Below, in pieces: positions 8,451 through 16,126 of a stretch of 59,081 bases of DNA. Position 1 is the first letter of the stretch. The number at the start of each line of letters is the position of its first letter. This stretch comes from an uncultured Flavobacteriales bacterium. Lineage in GTDB: Bacteria > Bacteroidota > Bacteroidia > Flavobacteriales_D > Sanyastnellaceae. The notes beneath the pieces are model-generated. The model was not told the origin of the DNA. It ran no database searches and was given only the letters and a program-made list of their open reading frames with translations. The position numbers were made by a program, and so were the translations under genes. The DNA lies in the NCBI GenBank assembly GCA_963934215.1, contig CAWVYB010000001.1, forward strand, positions 1 to 59,081, read 5' to 3'.

Positions 8451-10244
8451 ATGAAACAACTTTTTCTCACTTGCGCACTCGCAGTCCTTGTTTTGAGCGC
8501 TGGCGTTGCCCAAGGCACGACCACATTGGACTTGGCTCTCATAGGGAGCCCTGCAAATAACTTCGAGCCTTTCGAAGTCAACCTTTCTTTCAATGTGCTC
8601 CCTGATTCCATGGGTACCGGAAACGAGATGGGTTCAGGTTGGGACACTTTTGACCCGAATTACACCTTTTCAATGTCTCCACTTCTCACGATGACTACAG
8701 AGTACTATTGGGGTGAGCCCGTCAACCCGCTTGAGATGTATATCGCTGTCATTTGTGGCGCAGACACATCCATTTTGCCTCCCGTGTATTTCCAAGGCAT
8801 ACCCGATGCAGACGGAAATATCAATTACACTGCCAACGTAGAAGTGGGTTGCGGCGACGGCGGTGGAGATTGGGACTGCCCAAATTTAATGGGTAATATC
8901 GGTTGGGGATGCCAGGACGGATGGGGCGTCATTGATGAAAATTGCGATTGCGTTGAATACATCGAGCCTGAAAGTTGCTTAGAAGGCTTGGATACCGAAC
9001 TTCTGCTTATGTACGCGCTCTTGGAATGCGGAAACCAGGACAATCCCGATGCTTGGATGTATTGTGGGCTCATGGAATCCATTGTGGCTGGAGGGGAAGG
9101 CGACGAAGAAGCGTGCTCCGATGTGTGGGCATGGGTGGAGGCCAACGATTGGGATGGTTCATGGGACCCAGGCAATGGAGGCAATGATGTTGACTGCCCT
9201 AATCTTGGTGGAAATATCGGAGATTGGTGCACTGCTGCGAATGGTGGTTTTGGTGAAATAAACTCCGATTGCGAATGCATTGAGATTCCGGATTGCGATC
9301 TCGTCGTCGAAACCAACTTGCTGTCCATTGATGATGGAACGGGCTCTGGGAGTGTGGAAGCCATCGCATCAGGAGGTACACCTCCTTACGCTTATGTTTG
9401 GACGAATTTCTTTGATGAAGTTCTCGGAGCTGAAGCCACGCTCGACAGCGTCTTGGGCGGTACCTACTTTTTGCAAGTCACCGATGCCAACAATTGCATC
9501 GCTTTTGGTTGGGAAGATGTGCCCATGGCATGGGACTGTCCTGAACTCGAAGCCAATATAGGAGACTTCTGTGGCAATGGAGGAATGTTGCAAATCGTTT
9601 CAGAAGACTGTGAATGCGTCGACTATGAAGAACCCAACGCCTGCGTTGCTGACTTCACGGTAGTGCAAGCATACAATCAAAACGAAGTGATTCCATTTGA
9701 ACTCTTTGTCTTCATCTGGGGATATGACGAAAGCAACACGTACAGCTGGGACTTTGGTGATGAGGGCAGCAGCAGTGATCCTTTCCCGACTTGGACTTAC
9801 GGGGCAAGCGGTCCGTACAATCTGTGCCTCACCGTTTCAAACGAAGAAGAAAATTGTATCTCTACTTCATGCCAAATGCTCGAAATTGATTCGTTGGGTT
9901 GGATCAACGGATTCATGGACGGATTCAGCATCACAATTATGAACGGTGAAGATGGCGTGGTCAATAGCATAGAGGAAGAGGAAAACGAGGAATTCGGATT
10001 CAATGTTGCACCCAACCCGGTCACGGATGGTCGCTTTGATTTGAATTGGAAAGCGTCATCTGCTGGTCTTGTCGAAATCACCATGCTGTCGCTGGATGGA
10101 TCGGTGGTCTTCCAAACGACTCAAAACCGAGGAGAGACCGTGGGGAGACAATCCATTCAAGTTGAGCACCTCGCTCCGGGATTGTACGTATGCCAAATCC
10201 AGCAAGATGGTACTATTCGCACTGAGAAAGTTGTGATTCGCTAA
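8451..10244 (+). CDS. T9SS-secreted Cys-rich protein: three WDCPxLxxNIGDxC..CxC motifs, one SprB-type repeat, PKD-like module, T9SS C-terminal sorting domain
   Basis: Signal peptide MKQLFLTCALAVLVLSAGVAQ. SprB repeat DDGTGSGSVEAIASGGTPPYAYVW..GGTYFLQVTDANNC. PKD-like YSWDFGDEGSSSDPFPTWTYGASGPYNLCLTV. Sorting domain FNVAPNPVTDGRFDLNW..GLYVCQIQQDGTIRTEKVVIR. Confidence 0.9.
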   Translation: MKQLFLTCALAVLVLSAGVAQGTTTLDLALIGSPANNFEPFEVNLSFNVLPDSMGTGNEMGSGWDTFDPNYTFSMSPLLTMTTEYYWGEPVNPLEMYIAVICGADTSILPPVYFQGIPDADGNINYTANVEVGCGDGGGDWDCPNLMGNIGWGCQDGWGVIDENCDCVEYIEPESCLEGLDTELLLMYALLECGNQDNPDAWMYCGLMESIVAGGEGDEEACSDVWAWVEANDWDGSWDPGNGGNDVDCPNLGGNIGDWCTAANGGFGEINSDCECIEIPDCDLVVETNLLSIDDGTGSGSVEAIASGGTPPYAYVWTNFFDEVLGAEATLDSVLGGTYFLQVTDANNCIAFGWEDVPMAWDCPELEANIGDFCGNGGMLQIVSEDCECVDYEEPNACVADFTVVQAYNQNEVIPFELFVFIWGYDESNTYSWDFGDEGSSSDPFPTWTYGASGPYNLCLTVSNEEENCISTSCQMLEIDSLGWINGFMDGFSITIMNGEDGVVNSIEEEENEEFGFNVAPNPVTDGRFDLNWKASSAGLVEITMLSLDGSVVFQTTQNRGETVGRQSIQVEHLAPGLYVCQIQQDGTIRTEKVVIR

Positions 10245-10270
10245 CGTTCGATTCAATTCTGCTTTGAACT

Positions 10271-10310
10271 GAAATCCCGTAGACAAGTGGTCTGCGGGAT
10301 TTCTTCATAT
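10271..10310 (+). terminator. Rho-independent terminator after the 8451..10244 gene
   Basis: GAAATCCCGTAGAC (10271-10284) pairs with GTCTGCGGGATTTC (10290-10303): 14 bp including one G-U pair, a 5-nt loop, and a T-rich tail TTCTTCATATT. Confidence 0.65.
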
Positions 10311-10340
10311 TCCATCTGCCACTTTTTGATTCTGAGATTC

Positions 10341-11210
10341 ATGAAGCAAATCAAATTTCATCACGCGTTACAAGGGCCCATTTGCGCAGTCTTGGCAATA
10401 TCAATGGTGTTTCTGGCTTGTCAAAAAGAGGATATTGATGAGTTGACTATTTTAGAACAAGGAGAACACGAGCCTATTGATATCTACCCGCCATTCGACT
10501 GCGAACTTTTGCAATTGAACATAGGAGACACCTGTTTTCGCGAAGAAGGTGGAGCATTGCTCGAGGGGGTGGTGTCAGCGGCTTGTGAATGCACTGTCAA
10601 TGTCTCTTGCGGAATGGTGATTGACCTAGTCTCCTCGCCAGATGATGGAACGGGCAACGGTTCCCTTTTGGGCCTTGCTGAGGGGGGGACACCACCGTAC
10701 ACTTTCGCCTGGTATCAATCCGGTGCTTTGATTGGATCCCAATCCAACTTGGACGGACTTGAATTCGGAACCTACCAACTGGTCGTAAACGACGTAGGAT
10801 TTTGCTCAACGGCAGCGATAGCCGCTGTTGAATTGAACATAGCGGGCTGGGATTGTCCAGAACTGTTGAGCGACATAGGCGATAATTGCTTGATAGGTGA
10901 TACAATCCAGGGCATCGTTTCAGCTGACTGTATGTGCATTTCAACCCTTGACTGTTCCGTTTCGCTCTCGTTTTTATCGTCAACTGCAGACGATGGTTCT
11001 GGAAACGGTTCTGCTGAAATCTACGTGTCTGGAGGTGAGGGGCCATACGAATGGTCTCTGGCCACATCAGATTGGATTGAACAACAAGCCGGAAGCATCG
11101 AGGAGTCGGCAGGAGTCTTAACCCTCAATGCATTGACCTCTGGATTTTATGGTGTCCACTTTGTCGACGCTGAAGGTTGTCTCGCTCAAGTCTTGATCAG
11201 CGTCCCTTGA
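10341..11210 (+). CDS. Lipoprotein with alternating Cys-rich (xDCxxLxxxIGDxC..CxC) motifs and SprB-type repeats; paralogous to part of 8451..10244
   Basis: The start is set at MKQIKFHH..AISMVFLAC(Q), a lipobox with Cys at position 27. The track start at 10287 lies inside the upstream terminator hairpin. Motifs: FDCELLQLNIGDTC...ACEC and WDCPELLSDIGDNC...DCMC. SprB repeats: DDGTGNGSLLGLAEGGTPPYTFAW and DDGSGNGSAEIYVSGGEGPYEW. Confidence 0.8.
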   Translation: MKQIKFHHALQGPICAVLAISMVFLACQKEDIDELTILEQGEHEPIDIYPPFDCELLQLNIGDTCFREEGGALLEGVVSAACECTVNVSCGMVIDLVSSPDDGTGNGSLLGLAEGGTPPYTFAWYQSGALIGSQSNLDGLEFGTYQLVVNDVGFCSTAAIAAVELNIAGWDCPELLSDIGDNCLIGDTIQGIVSADCMCISTLDCSVSLSFLSSTADDGSGNGSAEIYVSGGEGPYEWSLATSDWIEQQAGSIEESAGVLTLNALTSGFYGVHFVDAEGCLAQVLISVP

Positions 11211-11776
11211 TTACGGTGCCAAACAACTTGATTCGTCGTTGTTTGGACAACGATCGCAAAGCCCAGAAGGAGCTTTACGAATTGACGTTGCCCTATTTAC
11301 GAGCGACCGTGCAGCGTCAGTTATACGATCGCACAGAATGGATGGATGTGCTACAGGAGGTGTACCTCCGCATTTTCCGCAGTTTGTCCTCCTTCAATTC
11401 GGAGAAAGGGACATTTTTGAATTGGTCTTCGCGCATTGCCGTCAATACAGCGATCAGTTTTGGTGTCAGATCTGCGGCAAACCAGACGACGACTTTGGAT
11501 TTTAAGGAGCACGACTCCCCGGTTGAGTCGTTTGCGATCGAGTCTCTCACAGCGGAGCAATTGTTGGCCGAAATCAGCAAGATGCCTGAGGACTTCTACC
11601 GGATTTTTATGCTGGTCTCAATTGAAGGGTTCACCCACCAAGAATCTGCTAAACTCTTGACGATTACAGCAGACTTATCACGTCAACGCCTGAGTAGGGC
11701 CAAGGCATGGATTAGAAAACACGTGCTTGTCATGGAATTGGAAGAGTACAACATCCGTCAAAAATTGAACGCATGA
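11207..11776 (+). CDS. ECF-type RNA polymerase sigma-70 family factor (non-ATG start; exact start uncertain, somewhere in 11177-11228)
   Basis: Region 2: KAQKELYELTLPYLRATVQRQLYDRTEWMDVLQEVYLRIFRSLSSFNSEKGTFLNWSSRIAVNTAISF. Region 4: FMLVSIEGFTHQESAKLLTITADLSRQRLSRAKAWIRKHV. There is no in-frame ATG before region 2. The TTG at 11207 overlaps the upstream stop (TTGA), and a GTG at 11216 is an alternative start. Confidence 0.85.
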   Translation: MITVPNNLIRRCLDNDRKAQKELYELTLPYLRATVQRQLYDRTEWMDVLQEVYLRIFRSLSSFNSEKGTFLNWSSRIAVNTAISFGVRSAANQTTTLDFKEHDSPVESFAIESLTAEQLLAEISKMPEDFYRIFMLVSIEGFTHQESAKLLTITADLSRQRLSRAKAWIRKHVLVMELEEYNIRQKLNA

Positions 11777-13116
11777 ATGATTTTGAAAAACAATTTCAGG
11801 ATAAACTCACCTCACAACAAAGTCCCTTGTCGCCTCAGGACAGCAGTGACTTGTGGGATTCCATTTCAACGGAGCTGGATTCCGATGCAGACCGTGCAAA
11901 TGGGAAGAGGAAGCGGAAAAGAGTGGCGGGTTGGATGGCATTAGCGGGGTTTGTTGCTGCCATCGTAGGGGGAATTTATCCGTTGGAAGACATCCGAAAT
12001 CGCACTGAAACAGTCAAAGAGAAAAAGTCAGTAGCTACTGAAAAAGCCAGTGGGAATTCTTTTATGAAGGCTGATATTCCAGCCACCACGAGTGTCTCTG
12101 TGTCAACTTCCGAAAGACAGAATCAACCTCGTAAGGTGGTGGCGGCTTATGCCGAAAACACCATCGAATCCCCCCCGAACGATGAGGTTAAAGTCGCTTC
12201 GACATTTGCCGCCAGCCCAACTCAGGTAAGCTTGAAGCGAGAAGATGCGTTGGTCCCCGTCGAAATCTCTCTTGACGTCTTGGAACCTCAAGTTCCTCGG
12301 CAATTGAGCACTTTATTCGGTCCAGAATTGATTCCATTTGCACGTCCAACAGACGAAGGATTTCAGGGTGACAAGCCTGAAAAGTCCGCTTTGAATGTTC
12401 GCATTTACCAGGGGCCTACTTGGAGTCAATTCAAGTATTTGGAGCGCGACGGTACGGACTTGGTGGCCAAAAACAAAAACATGAAAGCGGGTGGGTCGTG
12501 GGGTTTCGGAGGGATGATTGAATTCCAGGTAAAGAACCAGCATTGGGGCGTTGGAGTGGAATGGAATGAGTATATACACCGACTCGATTATGAGGGAACA
12601 TTTGAAGAATTCATGACGGTCAACGACGTCTTATTGGAAGTAGAATTGGACCCCGTCACAGGAGATACGTTAAGCACAATGTCAGGAATGGCTGATGTGA
12701 TTGTTTTGGCGCAGCGACGGGTACTGCACCACAATCGATTGCGCGCAATTTCCATTCCTATCGAGTGGCAAAAGCAATGGGCAATTACGCCTGTTTTTCA
12801 AGGAGAAATGGCATTTGGAGCTTTGATTCATTGGCGATCTTTTGTCAATGGGCGAACTTTCACAGGGCAGGAAGGAATCTTTGCAGATTACGCAGCCGTT
12901 GAATTTCCGTCGAACCGATTTTCCCTTGCTCCGCTGGTACGTGGGCATCTCTCGTATAACCTAGCACCTGATTGGAGTGTTGGGCTTTCGTTTCGCGTTT
13001 CAGCGCAGAAGCACGCGAGTCTACCGTTGGAGTCGTTTCCTGAGCAGAGCGGACACTTTACAGGCCGTTTGCTAACCGGTAATCTACATTTTTCCATTCA
13101 GCACGAGATTCACTGA
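11773..13116 (+). CDS. Membrane protein coupled to the ECF sigma factor (putative anti-sigma): short cytoplasmic N-terminus, one TM helix, Ser/Thr/Pro-rich linker, C-terminal beta-rich (barrel-like) domain
   Basis: Its ATG overlaps the sigma stop (ATGA at 11773-11776). TM helix VAGWMALAGFVAAIVGGIY at about aa 52-70. The C-terminal ~250 aa show an alternating hydrophobic pattern (..WGFGGMIEFQV..WGVGVEWNEY..LSFRVSAQ..GNLHFSIQHEIH). No zinc-finger anti-sigma motif is visible. Confidence 0.6.
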   Translation: MNDFEKQFQDKLTSQQSPLSPQDSSDLWDSISTELDSDADRANGKRKRKRVAGWMALAGFVAAIVGGIYPLEDIRNRTETVKEKKSVATEKASGNSFMKADIPATTSVSVSTSERQNQPRKVVAAYAENTIESPPNDEVKVASTFAASPTQVSLKREDALVPVEISLDVLEPQVPRQLSTLFGPELIPFARPTDEGFQGDKPEKSALNVRIYQGPTWSQFKYLERDGTDLVAKNKNMKAGGSWGFGGMIEFQVKNQHWGVGVEWNEYIHRLDYEGTFEEFMTVNDVLLEVELDPVTGDTLSTMSGMADVIVLAQRRVLHHNRLRAISIPIEWQKQWAITPVFQGEMAFGALIHWRSFVNGRTFTGQEGIFADYAAVEFPSNRFSLAPLVRGHLSYNLAPDWSVGLSFRVSAQKHASLPLESFPEQSGHFTGRLLTGNLHFSIQHEIH

Positions 13117-13216
13117 CTTGACTGCCCGTTTTGATTCAGCGCTGAGAACATGCTGACGCTGTATGTGTTTTCATCGAACTGTAAAAACGGTCGCTTGGTT
13201 TTCTATATATTTAGAA

Positions 13217-15802
13217 ATGCAAAAAGGAGTGATTCAACAGGGATTCTTTCTAATCGGAATGTTTCTGATGCTAAGCGCATTTGGCGCTGTGGGATTTGCT
13301 CAGTCAGATCTAGATCATTGGGAGGCAGTCGTCTTAGATGGATCTTCTTGGCGTTATTTGGTACCGAATGAACAGCCTGAATCGGATTGGTTGGCGCCGA
13401 ACTTTGATGATTTGTCTTGGCCGGAAGGTGTTTCGGGTTTTGGTTACGGCGACGGCGACGATGCGACTGTGGTTGAGTCGACGATGTCAATCTACTTGCG
13501 CCATCAATTTGAGATAGAGAACCTCAGTACATGGCTGGACGCGTCGTTTTATATGGACTATGATGATGGTTTTGTGGCATACCTCAACGGCGTTGAAATT
13601 GCGCGAGCCAATGCCGGAGCACCAGGAGAATTTGTGGCCTGGAATCAAAACTTGATCACCGATCATGAAGCAGTGCTGTATGCGGGAGGAATTCCATCGG
13701 CTTTCGAGTTTGACTTTGGCGGATTGTTGTTGGAGGGGACGAATACGCTGGCCATTGAGATGCACAACGCCAATCCCGGATCATCGGACTTGACGGCCCG
13801 GCCTTTTTTGTTTGTAGGCACAGGGGAGGAGTCGTTAGGTTTGAACTCCATTCCCGACTGGTTTTTTCCTTCAACTTCAGACTTTCATGAGGTGACAATC
13901 AACCTCAATATGGCCAATGAGACGGTGTCTCCGGAAGGTGTTTATTTGGCTGGAGGAGCGTATTTCGGTGTGGCGGGAGACAATCCCCTATCGGACCAAG
14001 ATGGCGATGGTATCTGGACAGTAACGGTTCCTGTTCCTCATGGCTTTACCGGCCATTACACATTTCTCAATGGGAATTGTGGTGATTGGAGCTGTAAAGA
14101 AAATATAGCAGGTCTGGAATGTGCGGACCCATCCAATTACAATGACAGACTGCTCGTCAATATCGTAGAACCCATTGATATCAGCACTTGTTTTGGTCAA
14201 TGCACCACTGATGGGACGTGCGCTGCGATTGTCGGATGCATGGATAGCGCGGCGCTTAATTACTTCCCATTGGCAACGGAGGACGATGGAACGTGTGTCT
14301 TTTTTGGGGGGTCGAATTTACCTGTTATCCAAATTGACTCTGACGGACCGATCCTTGACGACCCGCGCATTGTGGCGAATATGGCCATTGTCAACAATGA
14401 GATTGGTTTCAATCAAATCGGAGATTTCCCCAATGAATACAACGGCCAGATTGCCATCGAAATTCGAGGGTCTTCTTCTCAAATGTTCCCCAAAAAATCC
14501 TATGCCTTGGAAACACAGGATGTTGCTGGGGATAACAACAATGTCTCCCTTTTGGGAATGCCCGAGGAGAATGATTGGATTTTATACGGACCCTACACGG
14601 ACAAGACGCTTATCCGGAATGCATTGGTATTTGAATTGGGTGAAAAACTGAACCGTTACACGCCCCGCAGGCGGTTTTGTGAATTGTTCATCAATGGAGA
14701 TTACAGAGGAGTTTATATGCTCATGGAAAATATTAAACGCGACGCAAACAGGGTAGATGTCGCAAAGCTGTTGCCGGGCGATACGCTTGGTGATGAGTTG
14801 ACGGGAGGATATATTCTCAAAATCGACAAATTCACCGGGGATTTTGAAGGAGGCTGGGAGTCTCCATATGTTACTGAAGGAGGAGAGGAGTTGTTCGTGC
14901 AATTCCATAAACCAGAAATGGATGATCTGAATCCCCCTCAATTGGAATACATCCAAAGCCACATAACCGCTTTTGAGAATGCACTTGCAGGTCCAGATTT
15001 CACGGATTCCGAAATGGGCTATCAGCCATTCATCGATGTCTATTCTTTTATCGATCTGTATCTCGTGAATGAGCTTTCGAAAAATATCGATGGATACCGT
15101 TTGAGTACTTATTTCTACAAGCAGAAAGATTCCAATGGGGGTAAAATTGTCATGGGCCCATGGTGGGACTATAACCTCAGTTTGGGCAACGCAAATTACT
15201 GCGATGGATCCAACCCGGAGGGGTTTGAAGTGAATACGCCATGCGGCAATTCCAATCCATTTTGGTTTGAACGGTTGTTGGAAGATCCTTTTTATCGCGA
15301 TTTAGCAAGGTGCCGATGGGAAGAGTATCGCGCGGATGTTTGGAGCAATGAAAGCATTCATAGCACCGTTGATTCCCTTGCATCCTTACTTGTCGATGCC
15401 CGTGATCGCGACCATTCGAGATGGCCTCGATTGGGACAATGGATTTGGCCCAATGCGTTTGTCGGTGAAACCTACGAGGAAGAACTGGACTTCATGACCA
15501 CGTGGGTGGACAATCGGTTGGAATGGCTGGATGTCAATTTTTTAGGGGCATGCGATGCCGGTTGCACAACGGCTACAGCTTGCAATTTCAATCCCAATGC
15601 GAATTATGATGACGGTAGCTGCGAGCCATGTCCTTGTCCGGGTGATATCAATGGGGACTTGGCTGTGACGGTGTCAGATGTTTTGATCCTTCTGTCTGAA
15701 TTTGGATGCTCCTTGGATTGCGCTGCAGACTTCAATGAGGATGCCATTGTAAGCGTTTCGGATTTGCTGATACTGCTGGCATTTTATGGCGAAATCTGCT
15801 GA
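13217..15802 (+). CDS. Secreted CotH kinase-family protein (paralog 1) with two Cys-knot (C-x-D-x-x-A-x-N-[YF]) modules and a C-terminal tandem dockerin-like motif
   Basis: The start is set at MQKGVIQQGFFLIGMFLMLSAFGAVGFAQS (ATG at 13217). CotH core: IEIRGSSSQMFPKKSYALETQD..NVSLLGMPEENDWILYGPYTDKTLIRNALVFELG..CELFINGDYRGVYMLMENIKRDANRVDV..YILKIDK. C-terminus: GDINGDLAVTVSDVLILLSEFG...DFNEDAIVSVSDLLILLAFYGEIC. Confidence 0.9.
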   Translation: MQKGVIQQGFFLIGMFLMLSAFGAVGFAQSDLDHWEAVVLDGSSWRYLVPNEQPESDWLAPNFDDLSWPEGVSGFGYGDGDDATVVESTMSIYLRHQFEIENLSTWLDASFYMDYDDGFVAYLNGVEIARANAGAPGEFVAWNQNLITDHEAVLYAGGIPSAFEFDFGGLLLEGTNTLAIEMHNANPGSSDLTARPFLFVGTGEESLGLNSIPDWFFPSTSDFHEVTINLNMANETVSPEGVYLAGGAYFGVAGDNPLSDQDGDGIWTVTVPVPHGFTGHYTFLNGNCGDWSCKENIAGLECADPSNYNDRLLVNIVEPIDISTCFGQCTTDGTCAAIVGCMDSAALNYFPLATEDDGTCVFFGGSNLPVIQIDSDGPILDDPRIVANMAIVNNEIGFNQIGDFPNEYNGQIAIEIRGSSSQMFPKKSYALETQDVAGDNNNVSLLGMPEENDWILYGPYTDKTLIRNALVFELGEKLNRYTPRRRFCELFINGDYRGVYMLMENIKRDANRVDVAKLLPGDTLGDELTGGYILKIDKFTGDFEGGWESPYVTEGGEELFVQFHKPEMDDLNPPQLEYIQSHITAFENALAGPDFTDSEMGYQPFIDVYSFIDLYLVNELSKNIDGYRLSTYFYKQKDSNGGKIVMGPWWDYNLSLGNANYCDGSNPEGFEVNTPCGNSNPFWFERLLEDPFYRDLARCRWEEYRADVWSNESIHSTVDSLASLLVDARDRDHSRWPRLGQWIWPNAFVGETYEEELDFMTTWVDNRLEWLDVNFLGACDAGCTTATACNFNPNANYDDGSCEPCPCPGDINGDLAVTVSDVLILLSEFGCSLDCAADFNEDAIVSVSDLLILLAFYGEIC

Positions 15803-15868
15803 ATGTATCAATGAGGTGGTCAGGGTCTTCTTCAAGAAGGAATCATTGACGACGGAAAATAAGCATGC

Positions 15869-16024
15869 TTATTCCTGCTCAAAAAACAAAAAGTAGCCTC
15901 CATTTGAATTTGGTAGGGTAGAAATCAATCTCCAGCCCGCTTCGTTTTGCTCATCGAGCACACCTTGCATCTTGGTAGCATTGTTCATCAGGCTAACTTT
16001 GTAGGAGACGACTTTGTTTTTCAT
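15869..16024 (-). CDS. Small DUF4177-like protein (51 aa), below the ORF-track size cut-off
   Basis: Hand translation gives MKNKVVSYKVSLMNNATKMQGVLDEQNEAGWRLISTLPNSNGGYFLFFEQE. The YKV..(x)n..L(N/D)..(G)..GW(E/R)L(V/I)S pattern and the size match DUF4177 as I recall it. ATG at 16024, TAA at 15869-15871. Confidence 0.5.
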   Translation of the reverse strand: MKNKVVSYKVSLMNNATKMQGVLDEQNEAGWRLISTLPNSNGGYFLFFEQE

Positions 16025-16059
16025 GTCTGTAGTATTGTAAGTATATCATGGAAATAGAA

Positions 16060-16093
16060 AAAGCTTTCCTGCCCTTACGGGCAAGAAAGCTTT
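16060..16093 (-). terminator. Rho-independent terminator of the TonB-receptor operon
   Basis: On the minus strand, GAAAGCTTTCTTGCCC-GTAA-GGGCAGGAAAGCTTT (15-bp stem, one mismatch) is followed by TTCTATTTCC. It lies 34 nt downstream of the stop at 16127. Confidence 0.7.
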
Positions 16094-16126
16094 CATTTAA
16101 CTATTTTCAAAGGATGCAGTCTCCAA

